Position numbers and translations under genes: made by a program. Of a stretch of DNA of 10,629 bases, positions 1-8,530 are shown one piece after another. Numbering within the stretch: the stretch's first letter is position 1; each line of letters opens with the position of its first letter. The notes beneath the pieces are model-generated. The model ran no database searches and was not told the DNA's origin. It saw nothing but the letters and a program-made list of their open reading frames with translations. The stretch lies in contig JBBDIZ010000038.1 in assembly GCA_040880145.1 (NCBI GenBank), positions 1 to 10,629 on the forward strand, given 5' to 3'. The DNA comes from Simkaniaceae bacterium. GTDB lineage: Bacteria; Chlamydiota; Chlamydiia; Chlamydiales; JAJFMI01.

Positions 1-2
1 TC

Positions 3-33
3 GGGCAAGGGCAGGGGCAAGGGCAGGGGCAAG
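3..33. repeat. G-rich tandem repeat GGGCAR x5 (12-bp unit GGGCAAGGGCAG x2.5), possibly truncated by the window edge
   Basis: Read directly: gggcaa gggcag gggcaa gggcag gggcaa g at 3..33, just beyond the stop codon of the 56..625 minus-strand ORF. Confidence 0.85.
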
Positions 34-55
34 AAATTGGGGTTATGCAAGAAGT

Positions 56-625
56 CTAATATAAGGTTCTAAGAAGCCTTGCCTTCATTGTTTCCTGAAG
101 GTCTTTTTTTTCCTCTCCGATGAGAGTGATGTAGTAGTGACCGAATAGGAGCTTCGTTTTAGTTGTTTCACCTTGGCAGTAAGTTAAAAAAAGATTTTCA
201 AAAAACTCATCGATCATATCTTCTGAAGAGTTTTCATCAATGGCCTCAAGATTAGACGTAATTTTGGCAAATTCGAGCTTAAGAGTGTAATCATTTTTTT
301 TATCAAATTTATCGAGTAAGTAGCACATAGCCCAATAAAAACCTGTAAACGTCACAATTGAAAGAATGGCATTAATAGCCATGAAAAAATAAATTGGGCA
401 TTTTTCGATTGTGCCACCAGAGTTTATCTGGAAAAAAGTGTACTCTCGGTAACGTTGAGATAATTGTGTGGGAGTCGACTGCATAATAATGGAATTGACA
501 TCGACGCTTTCAAACAAGGGGAGATTAAAATTATAAGTATAATTATTAAAGCAACGAGCATCTATAACACCATCAATATATGTTTTATTATTGAATTTAA
601 AGTAGTTTATTTTAATATCCTTCAT
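56..625 (-). CDS. hypothetical protein (189 aa) with one predicted transmembrane segment
   Basis: Long ORF in AT-rich DNA with no competing long ORF. Hydrophobic stretch IYFFMAINAILSIVTFTGFYWAMCYLL. No family motif recognised. Confidence 0.75.
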   Translation of the reverse strand: MKDIKINYFKFNNKTYIDGVIDARCFNNYTYNFNLPLFESVDVNSIIMQSTPTQLSQRYREYTFFQINSGGTIEKCPIYFFMAINAILSIVTFTGFYWAMCYLLDKFDKKNDYTLKLEFAKITSNLEAIDENSSEDMIDEFFENLFLTYCQGETTKTKLLFGHYYITLIGEEKKDLQETMKARLLRTLY

Positions 626-682
626 GGAGTAGATTTTCCCTTATAATAGATTTATTTTCAAGGATAATTTCAATAAAGCGTG

Positions 683-711
683 TTGATTTTTCCTTCCGTC
701 TTTAATATAAT
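683..711 (+). promoter_or_regulatory. sigma70/sigma66-type promoter for the 763..933 ORF
   Basis: TTGATT (683-688), 17-nt spacer, perfect TATAAT (706-711). AT-rich context raises the chance-match rate. Confidence 0.65.
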
Positions 712-715
712 TAAT

Positions 716-733
716 AATGCGATCATTCGCATT
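716..733. promoter_or_regulatory. palindromic operator-like site AATGCGA-TCAT-TCGCATT
   Basis: Perfect 7-4-7 inverted repeat containing GC pairs in an AT-rich spacer, overlapping the expected transcription start of the 683..711 promoter. Confidence 0.45.
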
Positions 734-762
734 TTTATAATCATAATAAAATAGGTAATAAT

Positions 763-933
763 ATGAATAATATAAAAAAATTGAATATAAAAATTGGTTT
801 GCTGGAAAGCCGAATCGACCAATTGGAGACAGAACTGAGTTTCCTCAATCGAAGATTAATCGATTGCGGGTTTGATGATGGGATTGAAACACTCAAAGCG
901 ACCGTTGAAGAGTACTTGGGGTTAGATTCCTAA
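763..933 (+). CDS. small hypothetical protein (56 aa), coiled-coil-like, probably a conserved chlamydial family
   Basis: Hand translation: MNNIKKLNIKIGLLESRIDQLETELSFLNRRLIDCGFDDGIETLKATVEEYLGLDS*. AGGT SD-like motif at 753-756, promoter upstream, terminator directly downstream. Absent from the ORF track, whose shortest entries are 60 aa. Confidence 0.85.
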   Translation: MNNIKKLNIKIGLLESRIDQLETELSFLNRRLIDCGFDDGIETLKATVEEYLGLDS

Positions 934-941
934 TCCTTGAG

Positions 942-967
942 AAAGGCGGGTTCAACCCGCCTTTTTT
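942..967 (+). terminator. Rho-independent terminator
   Basis: Hairpin AAAGGCGGGT-TCA-ACCCGCCTTT running into a T-tract (TTTTTT at 962-967), starting 8 nt after the stop at 933. Confidence 0.9.
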
Positions 968-968
968 C

Positions 969-998
969 TTGTTTTTGAAGAGCTTTTTAATCTATAAT
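969..998 (+). promoter_or_regulatory. putative sigma70-type promoter for the ferredoxin / DUF1858-IscA pair
   Basis: TTGTTT (969-974), 18-nt spacer, TATAAT (993-998). It lies after the terminator, where a new promoter would be needed. Confidence 0.5.
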
Positions 999-1020
999 GC
1001 CAAGAAAAAATGGACACCTT

Positions 1021-1281
1021 ATGGCGAAGTTAATATTTAATGACGAAGAAGAAGTCGAGATTCAAGATGGAGAAAGAATCAAGGACCCATGCGAAGAGCA
1101 CGGAATACCGTTTGCATGTGAAGAAGGCGTCTGCGGGACATGTGTGATTGAGGTGGAGGAAGGAATGGAAAATCTTTCAGATTTCACAGAAGAAGAGGTT
1201 GATTTTTTGGGCGAGCAGGAGGAGGAGCGTTTAGCCTGCCAATGTCGAATCAATAAGGGAAAAGTCAAAATTAGGTATTAA
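1021..1281 (+). CDS. fdx: 2Fe-2S ferredoxin (86 aa)
   Basis: Motif C-x4-C-x2-C (CEEGVCGTC) plus RLACQC, very acidic. Start placed at ATG 1021 (MAKLIF; upstream GGA) because ATG 997 overlaps the -10 box and chlamydial ferredoxins, as I recall, begin MAKL. Confidence 0.95.
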   Translation: MAKLIFNDEEEVEIQDGERIKDPCEEHGIPFACEEGVCGTCVIEVEEGMENLSDFTEEEVDFLGEQEEERLACQCRINKGKVKIRY

Positions 1282-1283
1282 TC

Positions 1284-1835
1284 GTGATTACAAAAGAGAT
1301 GACCATCGAGGAAATCCTCACTAAATTTCCTCAAAAAAGCCAACACTTAGCTGACCGCATGCAGCGGCATGGCCTTTCCTGTGTTGGCTGCTCAGCCGCT
1401 ACATGGGAGACCCTCGAGATGGGAGTCCTTGGCCATGGAAAAAGCGAAGAAGATCTTGAAAAGCTCATCATTGAGCTGAACCAAATCCTCTCTGAAAAAA
1501 GCGATCCCTTGACAATTTCGCTAACTCAAAGAGCAGCGGAGCGATTTAAAACGATTCTAAAAGAGGACAAAAAAGAAAACTGGGCCCTTCGTTTTGGCGA
1601 CCAGCCGGGAGGATGTTCCGGATTTGAATATCACTTAGAATTTTCAGAAAAGCCTGAGAAGGAGGATAAAATTTTTCATTCGCACGGCGTCGATATCCAT
1701 ATCAACAAGCAAGCTCTTTCAAGACTACTTGGCTGCGAAATTGACTATTCAGAGGGACTGATGGGGTCAGGCTTTAAAGTTTCCAACCCCAATGTTAAAA
1801 CCTCATGCAGCTGCGGTCATAGCCAAAGCTATTGA
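1284..1835 (+). CDS. DUF1858-like CxxC domain fused to an IscA/SufA/HesB A-type Fe-S carrier domain
   Basis: N-terminal ITKEMTIEEIL...GLSCVGC...ETLE...HG...ELN fits DUF1858. C-terminal ISLTQRAA...GGCSGFEY...IDY...GFKVSNPNVKTSCSCGHS carries the three A-type carrier cysteines. GTG start 2 nt after the fdx stop. Confidence 0.9.
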   Translation: MITKEMTIEEILTKFPQKSQHLADRMQRHGLSCVGCSAATWETLEMGVLGHGKSEEDLEKLIIELNQILSEKSDPLTISLTQRAAERFKTILKEDKKENWALRFGDQPGGCSGFEYHLEFSEKPEKEDKIFHSHGVDIHINKQALSRLLGCEIDYSEGLMGSGFKVSNPNVKTSCSCGHSQSY

Positions 1836-1844
1836 ACAAGCTTA

Positions 1845-2687
<843 letters not shown>

Positions 2688-2710
2688 ATATTATCTCCTT
2701 CTTTACAGTA

Positions 2711-2739
2711 ATTATATAATAAATTTCATTATTGTTCAA
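2711..2739 (-). promoter_or_regulatory. sigma70/sigma66-type promoter for the poly-Asn gene
   Basis: Minus strand TTGAAC (2739..2734), 17-nt spacer, TATAAT (2716..2711), followed by SD AAGGAG. Confidence 0.65.
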
Positions 2740-2822
2740 TACATTAGTAAAAAATAAATTTAATTATTATAATGAAGAAATAAGGGATATTTCATTAACA
2801 TGTTAATTATCAGGGGTTTGTG

Positions 2823-3437
2823 GTGGAAAAGGTAACGCCGAGTCATAAAGAGCCTTTTGAGGCCGTACTGATTTTTGGTCCTCCCGGGTGCGGAAAGGGG
2901 ACTCAAGGGAAATTCTTGAGTAGTGGAGGGAACCACTATCATCTTTCATCAGGGGACATTTTTCGGGGGCTTTCTCCGGAATCGCATGCGGGGCAGCTCT
3001 TTCATAAATATGCCGGCCGCGGGCACCTTCTTCCGGATGAGGTGACGATTGAGATTTGGCACCATTATGTTCATGGGTTGATTGCTACCAATCGTTATTT
3101 TCCAAACCGGCAGCTGTTGCTTCTAGATGGCCTTCCAAGGACGCTTCATCAGGCTGAAATTTTAGATCAGTATTTGAAGGTTCAGAAAATTATTCTTCTT
3201 GAAGCAAAGGATATGGATGTTTTTATTCAGCGGATAAAAAGACGGGGTATGATTGAGAGACGTTTAGATGATCAAGATGAAAAAACGCTTATCCATCGGA
3301 TGCAGGTTTATGAAAAGGAAACTCATCGAGTTTTAGAGCACTATCCCAAAGATTTGGTTTCACGATTTCACGCAGATCAAAAACCTTTGGAGGTTTTACG
3401 CGATATCTTGGTTGATTTATCAGATCTTCTCTCTTAA
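2823..3437 (+). CDS. adk: adenylate kinase (short-LID type)
   Basis: P-loop GPPGCGKGTQ, HLSSGDIFR, GHLLPDE, LLDGLPRT..QA, short LID R..RxDD. Two tandem GTG codons (2820, 2823); AGGGG at 2812-2816 is better spaced for 2823. Confidence 0.93.
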   Translation: MEKVTPSHKEPFEAVLIFGPPGCGKGTQGKFLSSGGNHYHLSSGDIFRGLSPESHAGQLFHKYAGRGHLLPDEVTIEIWHHYVHGLIATNRYFPNRQLLLLDGLPRTLHQAEILDQYLKVQKIILLEAKDMDVFIQRIKRRGMIERRLDDQDEKTLIHRMQVYEKETHRVLEHYPKDLVSRFHADQKPLEVLRDILVDLSDLLS

Positions 3438-3440
3438 TCT

Positions 3441-4295
3441 ATGGAGATGCTAGAGGATTTTTTGATTTATTTAGTCTCAGAAAAGGGGGTGTCGCTCAAT
3501 ACTATTCAAGCGTATGAGAGGGATCTCATCCCCTTTTTGAAAAAAAATCAAGAAACAAAAAAGTTAAGTGCAAAAGCGATTTTAGATCATCTCTCTTTTC
3601 TTAGAGAGAAGGGATATTCAAGCGCTACAATGGCGCGTGTTTTAGTTTCAATTCGGCTGTTTATTCGTTTTTTACTTCGCGAGGAATTAATTGAAGAGGA
3701 CTTAACGGCTTTTATTGAAGCGCCCACTCTTTGGCAGATGCTTCCGGAGGTTTTGACCATTGAGGAGGTTCAAAAGCTTCTAGCGGTTTTAGACCCAAGA
3801 GAAAAAATAGGTGCTCGCGATCAAGCGATACTCGAGTTTCTTTATGGAGGGGGGCTTCGGGTTTCAGAGCTTTGTCGCTTGAGAATACTCGATGTCGATG
3901 ACACAAAAATTCGGGTTGTTGGGAAGGGGGAAAAGGAAAGGGTAGTTCCCATCCATCAAAAAGCGGTTGATGCGCTCGATCATTATTTGATGAATTTTCG
4001 CTCTAAGGTCGATGACAAGGATCCTTTGTTTTTGACGAAGCAGAATAAAGCGATTGATCGATTGACGATTTTTAGGCGAGTCCGATTAATCGCAAAAAAG
4101 GCGGGCCTTTCTAAAAATGTAACGCCTCATACGCTCAGACACTCTTACGCAACTCACCTTCTGGAGGGGGGCGCCGATTTAAGGGTGATTCAGGAGCTGC
4201 TTGGCCATGCTGATATTGGAACAACCGATCGCTATACGCATATCTCTACGAGTCGTCTCCATCACCTGTTTGATGAGTTTCATCCCCGCTCTTAG
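3441..4295 (+). CDS. xerD: site-specific tyrosine recombinase XerD
   Basis: N-terminal SAM-like domain (EKGVSLNTIQAYERDL), GLRVSEL (R), GKGEKER (K), HTLRHSYATHLLEGGADLRVIQELLGH (HxxR, H), TTDRYTH (Y). LPEVL and ADLRVIQELLGH favour XerD over XerC, but that distinction is less certain than the family call. Confidence 0.88.
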   Translation: MEMLEDFLIYLVSEKGVSLNTIQAYERDLIPFLKKNQETKKLSAKAILDHLSFLREKGYSSATMARVLVSIRLFIRFLLREELIEEDLTAFIEAPTLWQMLPEVLTIEEVQKLLAVLDPREKIGARDQAILEFLYGGGLRVSELCRLRILDVDDTKIRVVGKGEKERVVPIHQKAVDALDHYLMNFRSKVDDKDPLFLTKQNKAIDRLTIFRRVRLIAKKAGLSKNVTPHTLRHSYATHLLEGGADLRVIQELLGHADIGTTDRYTHISTSRLHHLFDEFHPRS

Positions 4296-7200
4296 CTTTT
4301 TTTCTATGGAGCCTTTCTCTCATTCGTTCCATATAGATGAACACTACAGGTGTTAAAAAGAGCGTAAGGATTTGGGAGAAGATGAGTCCTCCGACTATGG
4401 CAAGGCCAAGGGGGCGGCGTGATTCAGCGGTTCCTCCTCCAATTCCAAGGGCAATGGGCACAGCTCCCATGCCGGCTGCAAAAGTCGTCATAATGATGGG
4501 GCGGAAACGGGCGAAGCAGGCAAGTTCGATGGCTTCATCGATCCCTTTATTCTCATGAACCATTTGCTCATTGGCAAAGTCAATCATGATGATTCCATTT
4601 TTTAATACGATTCCAATCAACATGATAATCCCGACAAAGGAGTAGAGGTCAAGGGAGTAGCCAAAAGCGATTAGAGTCAAAAGCGCTCCGACAGCAGCGG
4701 GAGGAAGAGCGCTCATAACCGTTATGGGGTGGATGAGGTTTTCATAGAGGATCCCTAATATGACATAGATCACAAAGATTGCTATGATGAAGAGAAAATT
4801 CAAATCTGCAAAAGATTCACGGAAGATATTTGCTGACCCTTGAATACTTCCGGCAACACTTTTAGGGAGGATGTTTTCTGCTGCTTGATCGAGTGAGAGT
4901 AGAGCCGTTGAAAGGGGGATGTCTTCGAGATCGAAGGTGATGGTCACCGAAGGGAGGGTATTGAAGTGGTTAATGCTTAATGGGCCCAATGTCTTCGTCC
5001 ATTCGGCAATTGCTGAAAGCGGAACTTGAACAAAGCCCGGGTCGTTTGTCGGTGCTGCGGTTAATCCCCTTGGAACATTATAGGTGACAGCAGGCGTTGG
5101 GACGGGCGAAGTAACTTTGCTTGTCACATAAATCTTGTCGAGGACTGTTGGGTCTTTGTAGGCGGAAGGAATGGTCTCTACAATAACGTCATATTGATTG
5201 AGCGTTCCGTTGATTTGCGTGACGCGTCCTCCACTATAAGCCAGCATCAGAGCCGTTTCTATTGATTCTGCTGAAATGTTGAGGTCAAAAGCGCGATCTC
5301 TTAAGATCTTAATTTTTACGTAGGGTTCATTTGCATGCATGTCGCTGCTGACTTGGATGAATCCGGGTAATTTCTTCATCTCTTCGATGAGGGTTTCAGC
5401 ACTTGAGTAGAGGTCGTCTGAACCCAAACTTTGCAGGGTATATTGATAGTTTCCTTGAGTAGACCCCGTACCGACAGCAAGATTAATGAGGGGAATGGGC
5501 TTTAAGAAGGTGTTAATTCCCGGTATTTCATTGAATTTTGCGTACATTTCAGGGACAACTTTCACCATGGGTTGACGTTTTTTTAAATCTTTTAAGCGAA
5601 TGAAAAGGAGGCCTTGGCTATCGATCGGAATGGCGCCCACAGAGACAAAGCTATCGACATTAGGATCGGCTCGTACAAGCGCTTCGATCTCTTTTTGATA
5701 ATCCATCATTTTATAGGGAGAGGTTCCGTCCGGTGCAAGAGAAAACCCTTCAATAAAGCCTAAGTCATCCATCGGAAGGAAGTCTTTGGGGATTTTTATG
5801 AAGAAAAAGAGAGTCCCGGCAAGACAGAGCGCACCCACGCCAAGAGTCATGAGCTTGTGGCGCATGACGATGTGAAACCCTCTTTTATAAATACTCAGCA
5901 GCCCATTATTAAGCTTTTCAGAGAGGACTTCTATAAAGTTTTTTTTATTTTTAGAGTGGGGCGCAATGAATCGACTGCAAAGTAGAGGGGTGAGAGTTAA
6001 GGAGATGATTCCAGAGATTATGACGGCAACCACGATGGTGACGGCAAACTCCCTAAAAATGCGTCCAATGATTCCACCCATGAAGATAAGAGGGATAAAA
6101 ACCGAAGCTAAACAAAGGGTCATCGATAAGATCGTAAAACTGATTTGCTTAGAGCCTTCCAGCGCAGCTTTCAAGGGTTTTTCGCCCATCTCGACATGGC
6201 GCGCTACATTTTCTAAAACGACAATGGCGTCATCGACTAAAAAGCCAATGGAGAGTGTGATGGCAAGAAGGGAGAGAATATCTAAGCTGTATCCGAGCAA
6301 GTACATGACTAAGAAAGTTCCGATCACGGTCATGGGAAGAGCGCAAACAGGGATAATGGTATCGATGAATTTTCCAAGATAGAAAAAGACGACGAGGACG
6401 ACGAGTAAAAAGGCAACGACAAGGGTGAATTCGACATCATGGACCGATTCAAAAATCCATTCCGATTGATCAAAAATCGTTTCGACTTGTAAAGATGCAG
6501 GAAGCTCCTCTTCGAGTTCGGGTAAGAGTTCCTTGATTCCTTGAATGATCTTAACTGCATTGGATCCTGCTTGCTTGAGTACCGCAAGCACAACGCAGTC
6601 ATAAGTTTCATCTCCCTTGATATATCGAAGGGAATACTTATCGTTTTGGGTGCTGTTTAAGGCATTGCCGACGTCAGATATTCGGACCATTTTGCCTTTA
6701 TTATTCCGAATGATCAGCGAGCTATATCCTTCCGCATTGAAGATTTGCCCATCGGCATCGACAGTATATTCGACCATGGGGCCATAAAGAACCCCTAAGG
6801 GAAGATTGGGGTTTCCTTCCTTGACCGTTGTGGCTAGCTGATCGATTCCAATTTCTTTGCCTGATAATAAATCGGGATCGACCTGAATTCGAACTGCGTA
6901 AGGGGCTCCATACGTTTGAATTTCTGAAACCCCCTCAACCATACCGAGCCGTTGTCCAAGAAAAGAGTAGCCATAATCGTAGAGCTCGCCCAAAGTTAAT
7001 GAATTCGTTGCAAGGGCGTAAAAGAGAACAGGGGTATCTGTGGGGTTGACCTTTTTATAGGTTGGGTTATTCGGGAGATTGTCTGGAAGATCAGGAAGAG
7101 CTGCCGTGATTCCGGATTGAACATCGGTAGAAGCATCGTCGATATTTCGATTGAGATGGAATTGGAGAACGATCTGAGTCGATCCCACATTATTTGTCGA

Positions 7201-7443
7201 TGTAATCGTTTGGATGCCGTCGAGTGAAGTAAATTGCCGCTCCAGGGGAGCTGCAACGGAGTTAGCCATTAAGTCGGCACTAGCTCCGGGATAGTTGACG
7301 GTTACTTCAATGGTCGGATAGTCAACGCTTGGCATATCGCTTACCGGGAGATTTTTAAAAGCCATTAAGCCAAAAAAGAAAATTGACGCCATGACAAGTA
7401 TGGTCATCACCGGGCGTTTGATAAAAGGTTCAGAGAGATTCAT
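4246..7443 (-). CDS. RND efflux transporter permease subunit (AcrB/AcrD/AcrF family, MdtB/MdtC-like)
   Basis: 1065 aa. N-terminal FIKRPV, TM4 GFLVDDAIVVLEN (proton-relay Asp pair), GIVLKNGI, RFRPIIMTT. Two large periplasmic loops. Confidence 0.97.
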   Translation of the reverse strand: MNLSEPFIKRPVMTILVMASIFFFGLMAFKNLPVSDMPSVDYPTIEVTVNYPGASADLMANSVAAPLERQFTSLDGIQTITSTNNVGSTQIVLQFHLNRNIDDASTDVQSGITAALPDLPDNLPNNPTYKKVNPTDTPVLFYALATNSLTLGELYDYGYSFLGQRLGMVEGVSEIQTYGAPYAVRIQVDPDLLSGKEIGIDQLATTVKEGNPNLPLGVLYGPMVEYTVDADGQIFNAEGYSSLIIRNNKGKMVRISDVGNALNSTQNDKYSLRYIKGDETYDCVVLAVLKQAGSNAVKIIQGIKELLPELEEELPASLQVETIFDQSEWIFESVHDVEFTLVVAFLLVVLVVFFYLGKFIDTIIPVCALPMTVIGTFLVMYLLGYSLDILSLLAITLSIGFLVDDAIVVLENVARHVEMGEKPLKAALEGSKQISFTILSMTLCLASVFIPLIFMGGIIGRIFREFAVTIVVAVIISGIISLTLTPLLCSRFIAPHSKNKKNFIEVLSEKLNNGLLSIYKRGFHIVMRHKLMTLGVGALCLAGTLFFFIKIPKDFLPMDDLGFIEGFSLAPDGTSPYKMMDYQKEIEALVRADPNVDSFVSVGAIPIDSQGLLFIRLKDLKKRQPMVKVVPEMYAKFNEIPGINTFLKPIPLINLAVGTGSTQGNYQYTLQSLGSDDLYSSAETLIEEMKKLPGFIQVSSDMHANEPYVKIKILRDRAFDLNISAESIETALMLAYSGGRVTQINGTLNQYDVIVETIPSAYKDPTVLDKIYVTSKVTSPVPTPAVTYNVPRGLTAAPTNDPGFVQVPLSAIAEWTKTLGPLSINHFNTLPSVTITFDLEDIPLSTALLSLDQAAENILPKSVAGSIQGSANIFRESFADLNFLFIIAIFVIYVILGILYENLIHPITVMSALPPAAVGALLTLIAFGYSLDLYSFVGIIMLIGIVLKNGIIMIDFANEQMVHENKGIDEAIELACFARFRPIIMTTFAAGMGAVPIALGIGGGTAESRRPLGLAIVGGLIFSQILTLFLTPVVFIYMERMRERLHRKKAKSGDETHQTGDGDDS

Positions 7444-8530
7444 CGGTAAACTTTTTCTCCTGTTTCACGCTTACTTTTTTTCCATCGGTGAGATTGAGCT
7501 GCCCTTCTAAGACGACTTTTTCTCCCTCGCTTACCCCATCTTTAACAATGATAAAATCATTCTCTTGCTGTCCAAGAGTCACATAACGCTGCTCAACCGT
7601 ATCCCCCTCGCTCATCACAAAGAGATAGCTTCCTTTTTGTGAGTTCACAATTGCGCCGGTTGGTACAAGAAGAGCCCCTTCATCAATATCCATAATCAGC
7701 CGGGTATAGACAAAAATTCCGGGCCAAAGCAGATGATCTTTGTTGTCAAAGGTCGCTTTTAACTTGATCATCCCCGTCGTTTGATCGACGCTGTTGTCTA
7801 AAAAAGTGACCTTTCCTTTAGAGAAAGTTTTAAAATCATTTGAATAAGAGACCACCGTCTCGAGCTCTTCATTTTTAAGTTTTTCCTGTATTTTTGAAAA
7901 GTTGCGCTCCGAGACAGAAAAACTTGCATAGATGGGTTCAATTTGATTGAGGACGACGAGCGTACTTCCTGCATCTTCTATAACAAGGTTGCCTGAATCG
8001 ACAAGACGCTCGCCTGCTACGGAAACCATGGGAGCTGTAATTGTGCAATAACCTAGGTTGATCCTAGCGATTTCAAGTTTGGCGATACTCTCATTTAAAG
8101 CGGCATCATCGATCATGACGTTTGTAACGAGATTTTCATAAGAGTTTTGAGAGATATAATCTTCTTGCGCAAGAGGGGTATTGCGGCGCGTTGTATCTTC
8201 TGCATACTTTAAAGCCGCTTGATTGCGAGCTACAAGCGCTACACTTTCTTGAACTTTTGCAGCGAAAGGACGTTCATCAATCGTAATTAAAACTTCCCCC
8301 TCATCTACCACTTTCCCTTGTTCATAATAGACACCTGTAATGATGCCTGTTACTTGAGACTTAAGCTCTACGCTATTGAACGCCTCAATATGTCCCGGTG
8401 CTTCAATGAAGAGGGGAACACTCTTCTGAACAACAGGTGTTATCGTCACCGAAGGCGGGGGTTTGCTCTTCGTCTCCTTCTTCGCACACGCTGAAAGAAG
8501 GATCAGCAGACAAAGACTGATTTTTTTCAT
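7430..8530 (-). CDS. RND efflux periplasmic adaptor (membrane fusion) lipoprotein, MdtA-like (366 aa)
   Basis: Start moved to ATG 8530, supported by SD AGAGG and signal peptide MKKISLCLLILLSA-C (lipobox). Motifs VELKSQVTG, ITAP, DNSVDQTTGMIKLKA, LWPG. Overlaps the RND gene by 14 nt. Confidence 0.95.
   Translation of the reverse strand: MKKISLCLLILLSACAKKETKSKPPPSVTITPVVQKSVPLFIEAPGHIEAFNSVELKSQVTGIITGVYYEQGKVVDEGEVLITIDERPFAAKVQESVALVARNQAALKYAEDTTRRNTPLAQEDYISQNSYENLVTNVMIDDAALNESIAKLEIARINLGYCTITAPMVSVAGERLVDSGNLVIEDAGSTLVVLNQIEPIYASFSVSERNFSKIQEKLKNEELETVVSYSNDFKTFSKGKVTFLDNSVDQTTGMIKLKATFDNKDHLLWPGIFVYTRLIMDIDEGALLVPTGAIVNSQKGSYLFVMSEGDTVEQRYVTLGQQENDFIIVKDGVSEGEKVVLEGQLNLTDGKKVSVKQEKKFTDESL

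Noticed and set aside
56..625. Classical inclusion membrane (Inc) protein call for this ORF and for 10108..10578
   Set aside because: The hydrophobic segments (about 27 and 16 aa) are shorter than the roughly 40-60 aa bilobed domain that defines Incs.
464..646. 60-aa + strand ORF
   Set aside because: Antisense shadow of the 189-aa ORF with no motif.
997..1020. Upstream ATG start for ferredoxin (94-aa form)
   Set aside because: It overlaps the TATAAT -10 box, has no SD, and the extension is not ferredoxin-like; ATG 1021 is preferred.
1062..1268. 68-aa Ser-rich minus-strand ORF
   Set aside because: Antisense to ferredoxin; the serines mirror acidic codons.
2760..2942. 60-aa minus-strand ORF
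   Set aside because: Mostly antisense to the adk P-loop region with no supporting signals.
3441..4295. Phage or genomic-island integrase
   Set aside because: Size and motifs fit chromosomal XerD, it is co-transcribed with adk, and no att/tRNA or mobility genes are nearby.
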